From NCBI GenBank assembly GCA_010356995.1, contig ML996698.1, positions 183,923-247,922 of the forward strand: a stretch of 64,000 nt of DNA, written 5' to 3'. This document shows, in pieces, positions 25,689 to 37,517 of the stretch. The first letter of the stretch is position 1; each line of letters begins with the position of its first letter. The position numbers and the translations under genes are program-made. The notes beneath the pieces were generated by a model. The model did not search any database. It saw nothing but the letters and a program-made list of their open reading frames with translations, and had not been told where the DNA came from. The stretch is from Trichodelitschia bisporula (taxonomy: Eukaryota).

Positions 25689-28600
25689 ATGTCGCAACAG
25701 TCGCCCGTCATAGATCGCGACTCTGTAGTGCGTGAAGCATACTCCGATGCCTCTTCTTCTTTGGAATTGTCTGTCCCTTTGCCCATTCCGGTCGCAGTAG
25801 CCTCCAAATCGCCTGTCATGGATGGCGGCCCTGTGTGTGATGGATGCTGCGATGCCTCCTCTTCCCCCGTATCGTACTGTTCAGCTTGTGGGGTTCACCT
25901 ATGTGAGAAATGCTGGGAAGGAGGTGCGATTTTGCACAGAAAGGAGAATGCCACACGCCCGGCGGCGGTGATACATCAAAAGACAGACCCCCACAAAGTC
26001 AGACTGTTGGATACTATCCTTCGTCCTTCAAACTATCAAGGACCGGAAGTCAACCAGCATGCCGCCAATAAGCACACTAAGTGGTTTGGTATGTGTCATG
26101 GGGAAATCCTCATCCATGCCAGCTCTCCTCTAACGTTGTTTCAGGTTGCTCGACGGATGAAGATCGCAATCCCGTACTTGAAGAGTTCGATGCCTACCCA
26201 AATATCATATCTCGGAGCGTGAGGTACGATGAGACGCCAAAGTGTCCGCAGTTGGTGTCGTTCGTCGGGGGAACAGGTGAGCTCTCTAAACCCCAGCTCA
26301 ACATCATCTCACGATTTTAGGGGCCGGCAAAAGCACAGTAGTGGGGTTGCTCATCAAGGCTCTCCCGCCAACCCCACCGACCATACTGAAGCACCAGGAC
26401 TTCGAATTCACCGCACCTGTGGTCGGCACGCATGCCAACGGCAATGTTCCGACATCGGCTGACGTACATCTCTACGCGGATCCGACTACTTACTATGACG
26501 GAACAACACCTGTTCTTTATGCAGATTGCGAAGGGCTTGATGCTGGCGATATTGCTCCCATGGAAAACGCCGCCCCCATCCGGAATGAGGTCGCCAAGTC
26601 GGACAGGAACGTCGCCACCCACCACATCCCTCGACAAATGAATAGTCGAGTCCGAAGGCTGGAATGGGCCGGTACCGATACACCGCCGCCTCATGAACTG
26701 CCTGCGGGTGTTCAGACAAGTGACCGGGCATTCATCGTGGAGAACTTGTACCCGAGGCTTCTGTATACGTTCTCAGATGTTGTCGTATTCGTGAGTGAAA
26801 ACTCAAGGTGACTACTCCGTACTTTTGCAACCCCTCTCTAATGCCACCCTAGGACCTTTCAGCATGCTCTGTGGCGTTTGATTGCCTGGGGTGCAAAGTC
26901 TCTTGAGCATTCAGTTAATCAACCCGCTCTTCCGCACGTCATTCTTCTGCTCAACCGGACATCTAGGGATGTGCCTGTTACTGAATGGGATGTCGACAGT
27001 GCTACGCAAAACTTGTTGATCCAAGCAAACACTATCCCTTCGAAAAAGGTCAAGGACCTTATGGCCAGCCTCGGATTGGACGTGAATGAACACATTCCGA
27101 CCGTCGAAGGACTCATCAAGCGCTATTACTCGACGTTTTCCGTGATGCGGTTCCCCCAAGGTGACCAGCACAACCTGCTATGGGAACAAATACAAAATCT
27201 GCGGACACGGATTCACGATCTTTGCAAAAGGTCTCATAAAGCCAAGCTGTCTACTAACATGCTGCTTCAATCTGACACCTTCAACATATACCTGAGATAT
27301 GCGCTTGACCATTTTGCCGCAACTCTGGATTCGCCTTTCAATTTCGTTAAAGTGTCTCTGAAACTGCATCCGACACCGGGAAATTTTGGCGACCATGTGG
27401 TTCGACTTGCTGCCAACATGTGCGACAGCAACGGCAATCTGGACCGGCGTCTTTTCTATGAGAGCTGGAGCAAAATGGTTGCCTCCAGTATCGTTCTTGA
27501 CCATATGCGGAAAACAAAGCAAGGTGGGAACTCCTTTCCAAATTATCACTCTGCTGCTAACATACGCTGGCAGGATGGGCGTCCGGAGACGACTATTTCA
27601 GTCATTATCAAGGTTCCTTGAACCAGGCCTTCAAGGCCTTTTGCACTAAGTTCTGGCCCTGCGCTTTCAGCAAAGGTGACGAGAAATGTGTCAACGTCAA
27701 GGCCTCACATGATTCCAAAGGACACCAAAATGCCGACGGAAAGGTCATTCAAGCCGGCAGTTATATACCTGACCGGCACTTCGATACCGATTTGGTTGAA
27801 AAATGGGGTTCCTTCCTCAGAAGTGCCGTCACAAGATTTGAGGAATGTTTGCGGGAAACGCCAACCTATGAGACTGGAATGCCACGACGTCAGTGGATAG
27901 CGCACTTGGAAATAGTCAACGACTTTCTCAGATATTTCGCCCCCGAAGGCTTCCGCAGTCAAAAAACTTGTTTTGGCTGCCTCATGGCCGTGCCAGAACA
28001 TCACCTGGCATGTGGCCATGTGCTTTGCACCCGCTGCGTGAAGGAAATTGGGGAGCAGCTTCCCACTTGGCAGGCCATCAAGATGACGGAATGCCCTCTC
28101 CACACAGTCCCGGAAGCCTTCCCCTCTGCACAAATTATCCGATTCAACCCACCGCTTGCAGGTGTACGTCTGTTGTCTCTTGATAGGTATGTCGCAACTT
28201 TTGCCAAACAGGACTGGGGAACTCAACTGACCGGGTTTGCAGTACTAACGTCTGTGGCATTGTGCAGCTGAAAGTGCTTCAAGCACTTGAAGGGCTTCTC
28301 CCCAATATCCCCCTGCAAGCATTTTTCGACTTGATTGTCGGCACGAGGTATACCTCCACCCTCTCTTGTTATCTTGCCCGCTGACACTACCAGCGGCGGC
28401 GGCACTATTGCTCTTGGCCTTGGTGCCAGTGAGCTGGCGCTGAAGGATTGTACCTCTGGCTTTACCGACTTATGCCGGAATGGGTTTGCGCACCGCAAGA
28501 TTCATTACATTCCCATAGTAGGAAAACTCATCACGAGGCATCGTGGGCACAAGTTTAAAACCAGGCGCTATCATTCGGCTCTGAAAGACTTCCTGCAGGA

Positions 28601-30633
28601 CTCGCCGCTTTTCGGATACAAAAGTAGGGAGCATCTGACTCTCTCCAGCGATGTCAAAGTTGCCTTGGCGGCCGCCAACGAGACGGGCCAGAAGGCCATC
28701 GTCTTGGCAACGTATAACCGCGCCGAAATGGACACAGCCTACGTTTTTGATCATCCAGAAAATCATAAGGACGAACTGAACGTATGGGAAGCGGCTGCTG
28801 CTTCTTCTGCGACTCCCGGCCTGTTCAAACCCTTCTTGCACGAGAAGACAAACCGAGCATATCTTGGTGGCGCATTGTTCCACAGCAATCCCATCAACAT
28901 TGCTATCTCAGAAAGCAAATGCCTTTGGCCCGACTCTGCCCTGGCGGGCCCAGATGTCGTGCTATCAGTTGGCGCAGGACGGTCGCAGAAACGCTCTGAG
29001 CCTGATAGTCGCATAAGTACTTATTCGGATTCGTTCGGATCTACTAATATGCCAAAGGGCCACCGCACCTCTCCTCGTGACCCAGACATGATCTGGAAGA
29101 CCTTCATGGATGGTAGGAACGCATCTGAGACGTCGGATCGCTATATCCGCATTAATCCTTTGCTGCCAGAGGTCCCCGAAGCCGGTGATAGTGGCAGGAT
29201 GAGGGATCTTCAGGCTCTGCCCGCAAAATACCTACTATGCGAAAAGGAGCTCGCGGGGCTCCGGAAGGTGGCTTTGCACCTTGTCGCTAGCCTATTCTAC
29301 CTTGACTCTCCGTATCCAGCAATTTTCACAAAGGACTCGGTATATCGTCGGCGAGGTAAGTATTCAACTTTCATCTCCTTTCCAAGGCTAACCCTTACCT
29401 TGAAAGGCAATATCAAGTGCAGATTTTCTGAGATCGAGGAGCATACCCCACACATTGTTGCTCTAGGGGCATTTCTCCAATCAAAATGCAACGGCGGCGG
29501 GCGAGTATGGTTCGAGGTGACGGAGCAAGGCGAGGAGTCACTCCCGCACCAGGTAATATTCCATCTTTTTTCTTAACCCGCCTCAGCTCTCATCCCTTGT
29601 TATAATCATTCAGTTTGCCTATATATCGGATTTTCACTCAATTTTCAGATCGATCTCTCTGAATCCGTCCTCCGGCACATGACGTCAACCGCGGCGTTTG
29701 ACCTTGGGTCACTATCAGTCACGACATCTCATCGGCTTAACGCAGTTGATATCACCTTGAACTTTGGTGATGATCAGGGCTTCTCCATCAGCGGGTTTCC
29801 GCGGCAAATCATGTGCGACCCGGATCCACCGAGGCCTGGTATGTTTGGAGTGCCCGTCATCAAGCATTGTCGTGCTCACTCCAGCAGCTACAGCTCCTCC
29901 TTCTACCCCATCAGCTCTAAGTTCAATTCAGAAAGAGGCGCTTGACAACTCATCACCATTGCCCCAGCCTCGTGGTCGCCAGCCAGCATCGCTCCCTCCT
30001 GAACCACGAGAATCTCAAGTTTCCCCTCCTACTCCAGTTCAACGTCCTCCGGTCCCCCTGAAACGCAGGTTTTGGATATTCCGACGGCCGCAACCTATCG
30101 CCAATGACCGAAATACCAGCTCCGATGCTCCTCAGCAACCCACCTCAGGCGACTCTGTTGCATCGGACGATGATCCCGCAGTTTCTAGCGAAAGTTCGTG
30201 GCCAACAAGCTTCGATCTCCGTGGCATGGGCGGCGCCTTTGCTCATGTGCCGTCTGAGGGCTCCATACCGGCTTCATTGCAGGTTCCCTCCGAACTGGGC
30301 GAACGAAGCCGCCCTCTCGAGAGCCAGGGACATGCTGGAGACATGCACCCACGACTATTGAATCGCATCTACCATGACCCGCGCCATCCAGACGCTGCAC
30401 ATGAGCTCCGCTCCGCTGAACCAAGGCAACGTTCCTCGGATGAAAATCCAAACTACCAGCTGACACAGTCGGCCGAGAGCAGCACGAGAGGTAATGGCTC
30501 TACGCCACGCATTGTCGATTCCCGGAGCAACTCAGTATTTCCCCGAACTAGTCGAACCGGAGTTGGTAGATCGGGCGTTAGCTTGCGAGGTGAACCAGGT
30601 CAAACCCAGCAGGCAGCAGAGCATTCACAGTGA
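25689..30633 (+). CDS. ~1484-aa multidomain protein: B-box-like Zn finger, GB1/atlastin-like P-loop GTPase, RING finger, degenerate patatin-like phospholipase (10 exons)
   Basis: Introns 26089-26144, 26277-26320, 26808-26852, 27524-27573, 28187-28242, 28348-28393, 29356-29406, 29553-29648 and 29839-29884 give one 4455-nt frame. Motifs: CSACGVHLCEKCW, GGTGAGKST, DCEG, CFGC...CGHVLCTRC...CPLH, FDLIVGTSGGG. Confidence 0.85.
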
Positions 30634-33272
30634 AGGCATTGACGTTGTCAAACAGAGACGGCGCTTTTAGCATTGAGTTGATTTTTTCCATGTCTTCAGT
30701 ATGGTTTGGATCGGATCTAGTCGCTGAATGTTCAAGCATGTCAACATCATCCTGTTTCCGTACGTATAGTGTTTTTCGCAATCAATGGATAGCAGACATA
30801 ATCCTTTGCAAAGATTTATTTTCCATTGCTTACCGCTCTCGTGAAAGACTGTTTACGACTCATGTGAGGATCTGACGAGATAGTAGGCATACCGGATAAC
30901 CCGTCAGTTAGCAGAGGGTTATTTCCCGCCACGATCGCCTCTAGAGCGGCCCTTTAACGTCAAAGAGCTAATCGAAACAGCTATGTGGCCGCCACTCTCT
31001 GAATTTTGCTGAGGACAAAATACGCGGAGACTACCGGCAGGGGGCCACATGACATTTTCTGTTAACCCTAGATCCCTGGCCAGCCTTCCTTGCATCCTTG
31101 GCCGTGTAACCCGTCCACGCACATCAGGCGCAGACGGCAGCTGGCACAATGCGGGGCGAGCCGTGAGCCTCATGACTAGCACCAATCGGCACGCTCTTAA
31201 CCAGGGCAAGTGCCGGTAGTTTCGCTGGTACCGGTATCGCTGGTACCGGTATCGCTTAAGGATCTTTATTGTATATCAACGTTGAGGTATTCAGTGTTCT
31301 AATTGAAACAAGCATAGGCTACAGCCAACACATCCCAAACACCGCAAACATTTATCCTGCGCTACGGGGTAAGAAGCAATAGCAGAGACCGTGGCTGACT
31401 TTTCGGCCAGCTAATGTATTGGTCCCAGGTCAAATCTCGAAATCCAGCACACATGATAGTACCGTACCATTCGGTCTCTTTCCGGTATGTGGTCACTGAC
31501 TCGTGGGAATTCAACACCAGCCAAGACGAAGTAACCTGTATGGGTACCATATGCAGTTTTGGTCCAGCATCAGATGCGGGTTCATGCAGCCCGACAAAAT
31601 ATTTATGAGGCATAAAGGCGTCTGACTTGACAGAACGGGCCCTCACGCCTTGAAAGATAGTATGCAGCACCACAAGATCTGCCTAGTTTACCGCCACCCT
31701 TGTGATAGCCTGCGCTTTGCCAGCGCACCGGCAGGCTATCTCTTCATATATAAAAAGAACTCAAGGGCATCAGCTCGTCTAGCCCCCCAAACTCTACCTT
31801 CTGAGCCCGTATAACTTCTCTGTGCCATGTCCCACCTGCCGTTCAACGTCTGAGACCTTAATAAAAAGCTTTCGTGCATCGACTGTTTCCCAGTCATCCC
31901 GTTTCTTCCATCTTGTCTTAGAACTAATAGTCATAAAAGCATTCCCGGACGGGTTAGCTTGGAACATTGGGATACCCCAGCTCCGCTAAGTCTGTCAAAA
32001 TCAAACCACCTCTACCTGGGGGGTAGCGATTATATATATATATGGCTAACCAAGCGCCGCAGGCGCTCACCTGGGAAAGCGTCTCCATATCCCAAAGATT
32101 CAAAATGTCGAAAGCTCCGTCACCACCCCCTGTCCACCATGCCATGGACTGATATGAACGGTATCATACTTGTAGGACTCTCGGACCTCAGATCTATACT
32201 TCAGCTCGCTGGCTAGCCGCGCAGCTCCAACTCCCGCGGAGCGATTGCGGTCAAGTGTGTTTGCTCAACCAATCCGCACTAGCTACACCCTTTGCGCAAA
32301 ATACACTCGAGTATTCGGCGACATCAAGGTCCGTATGCGCACATTCAAAGGCGAGGCATTAACAACAACCCGGGGCCTCTTCCCCGTACGAAGAAATGCC
32401 ACAGTACGCCTTGCCCCCCTGGCAGAACAAATACATCGTCTCCGACAACATATTCTTCCCGCAACGGGAAACCACTAGCTCGGCCCTTAATTGTTGACAA
32501 ATATAGTGCAAGGTATGTCCTGGACATACGTGAACGGCTCTCGGGACGTCAGCCCAACAGCAAATCAGTTCGGCGCCTATAAAACTCACCCCGTTTAAGT
32601 CATTTATGAACTCGCCGTCGCTTCGCTAATCATTTATAGCCTCATGCTCTACTCTCCCTTGCTTTTCTCGTCACTCATTCCCCCAAGTTCCTATCCATCT
32701 GGTACTTCATCCTCTCGCAGAATCTATCGTATCTGGCCGGACTCTCTCCGATTCGAATCACAACGCACTCAGGGCTCAACACCCATTATTTTTGCTGCTC
32801 CTCACGGCCCATGTCCTGTTACTGCATGGCTAGTATAAGGACTACTCCCTGGGTCTCTCTTCGGTTCTGTTCAGCATCACTCCCAGTTCAGGCGCAACGT
32901 TTTCTTGGCGACACCCTCAGCGAAGTCCCTGATTCATGGCGTCTCAAAGTATTCTTCATGCATGTATATCATCAATGCCTCAATATATTTGCGCACTTGC
33001 ATTATCAACCGGTATGCACCGATACATGAGGAACACAACAGACGTACAAGAGGTCCGAAGAACAGCTAACCTGGTCTATGCATGGGCCGCAATTCTCCTT
33101 CATCCTGTGTAAAAGACCCTTGCACACAGTCCGATGTGGACATGGGAAGATGCCACGTAGCATATCACTCGTACTTTCATACTAAAATCCTGTTTTACCT
33201 CCGTGAGCCCTCTGATCGCTTTCAGATCTTCTGCTCTACCAATTTTCCCATTGAGGTCTGCACTGCTGCTAC

Positions 33273-34502
33273 ATGACCCATCATGCTGCAGATGACGACA
33301 TTCTCTACCCTTGGAACTCTCTTGTCAAAAACGTGGAGGACATTTCGAGGTCGGCCACGAGTTCAGGTTTTGGACAGAGTCCAGCAGCCTTCTCGGACCT
33401 CAACGCATTATCGCCGGAAATCAACCACTTTCGCAACAATCCTATATTTGCTGAAAAGCTCCTATCTGCATTCGTGTGGCAATTCCTATCTCAACGCATT
33501 TTCGGAAACGAGGAGCTCGATTCCGGCAATTTTTGGCTGGAGGTGCCAGCTGATCAAAAAGCACCTTTACGGCTGAGGTATGTGGCCTATCTCCAAGTCC
33601 TCGTAGAAAAGGTCATCGCCCCTCCTTTAGGGTAGCCCTTGCTCCGTTCGTTAAGCAGTGTCTAACTTTTTTACAAAAGTGATATCGAGCAAGCCCAACA
33701 TCAGCGTGCTTTTATTGCTAGGCAGTTTCAGCTAGATCCAGAAGTGTGCCATCATCGGCTCGCATATCTCGGCGACGCCTTGGTCGGTCGTCTACGACAG
33801 TATCTGCAGAGTTCATCCGCCCTGGAGGACCGCCTGCGGGAAGTTGTGGAGCAAGCAGTGTCCCTCGATGCCGATATGCAGAAGCAATCAGCCCATTATT
33901 TCGTCCGCTTTTACCCCTTGGTACTTGCTACAAGCACGTCATTTACTCCCATTTCTCAACGCTTCGATAAATACTTCATGCGCGAAGATGGCGAATCCTC
34001 CGATCCTTCCGCTGAAAACCGGCCAGGCACTTCTTCTGGCAGGCACCCACGGAGCTCAAGTCGAGGGCCAACTTCTAGCAACAGGCCGGGCACGTCTTCC
34101 GGTGAACGCCCACGCAGTAGAAGTCGGCCGAGAACTTCTGGTAACAGACCGGGGACGTCGAGCAACAGACCAGGGACGTCCAGCGGGCGTCCTAAATCAT
34201 CACACAATCGCCCGGGGACCTCGAATGGCCCGGCTCGTCCCGCCACGGCCTTCACTGGAAATCGAGTGGCACTCGTTGTTACGCCGGCGTTGCTCCGAGC
34301 TGGACACATGACCGGCCACAGCTTTGGTTCGCAATATGTGCTCTCCAGGGCATCAGTTATCACGACCCGGCAGCTCGAACGACAAATCCCTGGATTTTCC
34401 ATTGATAACGTGCCTTCCACTTCGTCTCGACGACCATCGAGCTCGGCTGGCCCAGCCCCCGCACCTGAGAAAGAGGCTGGATGTTGCTGTATCGTTATGT
34501 GA
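33273..34502 (+). CDS. Uncharacterised fungal protein with RPGTS repeats and C-terminal CaaX box (5' exons unresolved)
   Basis: Intron 33632-33679 joins the two ORFs in frame. Helical region LSAFVWQFLSQRIF...LREVVEQAVSLDADM, motif VALVVTPALLRAG...VLSRASV, ending GCCCIVM*. The true start probably lies upstream (candidate ATG 32139; strong donor at 32513). Confidence 0.65.
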
Positions 34503-37469
34503 GCTGTATCGTTGTCGCTTTTTTCATGTGTCGTGGAGGCCGCCATGGTAAACTGCTTGTTCCCTTACCGACGGCGCTGGCGATGGGCGCTCCACGTGGC
34601 TTGGGTGGTTCTAGTCTGATTCTTCGAAAGTTAATGACCGCAGTACGGAAACACCGTTGAAAGGCGAGGAGCATTATAACATTTCGACCTAGACCAGCTA
34701 ACTGGCGAGCAAGGTACTTGGCTTGGTGGAACGAGATGACAAGTGGAGTGGAGAAGTCCCATATTGTTAGTTATCTACTTTTAACTTTGGAACTCTTTCC
34801 TAACCGATTGAGAGTAGCAAGGCCTTGTTCCACGAGGGATTGCTGCGGTGGCAAAACGAAAACCACGACCTGCTCCGCCCATCACATGTCATCCCGGGGG
34901 TAGGTCCATGATTCTTTTTTTGGGTGGCTCTTGGATGTACAGCGTATGCAAAACGAGAATGTTCGTCCCCGATCAGCGTTCTTCACCACTCATCTAACCG
35001 CCATATGGAGCGATATCCTGTTGAAGAGACGACCCCACCTGCCTGCCGAATAATCGCTGGATTCATTCCGAGATGAGTCTTGGGTTTAAGTCCGAAACAT
35101 AACCACCCGCAGTAGGCTTCTTTATTCCCATCCCGGATTCTTCACACCTGATGCGACCCGAGTATGCATCTTGTGGGCAACCGCCTGGCCTACTAGAGAG
35201 TGACTGTTCTTAAGCAGTCGCATACTGGTAACTGAAGACGCAGCTGGGCGAGGATGGTGCATTTCTGTCGGAACCGCTGGCCACGCTGAGTATGCAGTCT
35301 GGCTTGAGTTGACTCATCATGCACAGACTTAAGAAGAATCATGTGGCTAGTTTACCAGGTTTGAAGGCTGATGCGAAGCGTTCGCATGAGCTTCCACACC
35401 GAAGGCTCCACGACGACAAGGCAACTGTTCTATTAGCCACGGAGTGGGGAGTGTAACAACTAACAGCCGGGGAATGGACCATGAATCTATGGTTACTATT
35501 TTGATATTTGGCTGAGGAGCAACTACCCAGAGTCCCTCGTTACACATCTCAACCTTTGGCAGACAAACCGGGAACAGCAATGAGGTAACGGGCATGAGAA
35601 GAAACCACGAATATCGCGCCTAGGCCCTCAACGAAGAGAGCGCTATGGCAAGAGCAAAGAATGGGATAGGCTAATATGCAAAAGGATGCTTACTATAGGC
35701 CTGGTGATAACCCCTCTTTGCTGCGAGTTTAATGCCCGGAGGCCGCCCGCATCTGCAAAGACGTACAGACAACATGCAGCCCATTTCCCACGATGTGACA
35801 ACATATAGCACAATAGCGAAGTATTGTGGTAGCACGGGTGCTCCATGCAATTGGAGGGACTTCCTGAGAGAAATTATTGCAGCTGACCCTTTTGACGCGG
35901 CGCTATCCAATCACACAGTTGCTTTTGCCTGTTAGTTGCCAATAGTTCGCGTTCGGAATATAAAAATGGCAGATCTCGGCTCCAATTGGTGGAAGTGATG
36001 CTACTAGTCTTGCCAGCGCTGCTCTTCACGCTGGACAATCAAGGGGTGAACATTGCCCGATAGTTTGTTGTCTAAAGGTCATTGATGCTTCAATCTCAAA
36101 GGGCGTAGTACGCCAGGAGCATTCAGGAGCTCAGTGGACAGTTCGACCGAAGTCAATGAGCCGGTTGCAGATGATGAGTCATTTGGCAAAACTACGCCCG
36201 CGTGAGAACAACGTCAGCCATATTCGCGAACCTGGGGAGAGCTTCAGAAAGCTGGAGGTGACACTGACATCAAATTAGAAAGAGACGGCTCGCTGCTGCC
36301 TTCCTAGAGCACGATGGTTTTCGTTCTGACCTGACGTGACCACTAGAACTAGTTCTAGCGAGTCAGCGTCGCTTCCCGATGGACTGCGTTCGTCCTGTGA
36401 ACGAGCATGTGAGCACAGACAGCCAGTATTTAGAAGACCCAAGACTCCCCTGACATCGTCGACGAGTATTGAACGAAGTCGTGTCGCGGTCGTGTAAGGT
36501 GGAAGTCAGAAAGAGTTGGAGGGAAAGACTGGGTTGGCCTATTGCGATAGACGGTGCGGGTTTGCCCATCCTACGTTAGGCGACATGGAGATACCTACAA
36601 GCTTGGAGAGCTTGTAGCACCCACGCTGAACCTAGTTTCAATGGTCTAATGGCTCAATGCATGTTGTCGCAAGGAATTGTCGCTTTGATCCGCGTAGGAT
36701 GAGGTGGCTTTCGAAGAATTGGACGCGAGACGCGTTTCTCGGCTGTACTGAGTTAGTGAAAGAAGACAACAGCAGGAAACATATGGTCTCTTTACCGTTG
36801 ACATACCAAGGTGTTGTAGAAGCAACGTGGATGACTCCATCATGCTGCATAGTGCGGATTTCCCCAACAGAGCAGCATCTTGTCGGCATGAGTGCAGTGC
36901 GTCCTTGAAGGCGTGTCGGGGGTAATCGTCGCAAAATAGCGCATTACACTAACGCGAGATTCACGTATTGTGGGGAGGGAGTGTCAACAAAAACATATTT
37001 AGGTTGAGGACAGGCGATGTGGAAGGGGTCGGTCTCGACATTGGAATAAGCTCCTCTACCAAGTGGTACAAGCCCGACCTGGCGCTCGCGGTCCTTGCCG
37101 CACAGCCTTGTCTGGGCGACATGGGGTACCGGACGTCAAGTGCGCGAACATGAAAAGCCTTGGAGATGCAAGGATATTGAAAATTTTGATGCGGTACGAT
37201 GTGATGAAAGTTCAAGACTTTGGGGTGGACCGACTTGCTTTGGGAGGGAGTCCGGGAAGTAAGCACATGTACTGTACGACAGCCTTACTCGGCCTCGCGA
37301 AAGCGCTGATACGGCGGTCGCGCCAGTTGCCGATATTGTGAGGCAACTGAAGGACATGAAGAGCACATATTTATCACAAGCAGATGTCATACAGATACAT
37401 CATAAAATTACAAAGACGCTAAAATTACAACACCACTAAAAATATATCCCTACCCCCTCCACTCCTCCA

Positions 37470-37517
37470 CTCCTCCTCCTCCTCCTCCTCCTCCTCCTCC
37501 TCCTCCTCCTCCTCCTC
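37470..37517. repeat. (CTC)16 microsatellite
   Basis: Perfect trinucleotide run directly visible. Confidence 0.95.

Noticed and set aside
31222..31255. 15-bp direct repeat TCGCTGGTACCGGTA x2
   Set aside because: Only two copies with no spacers; simple local duplication, not CRISPR-like.
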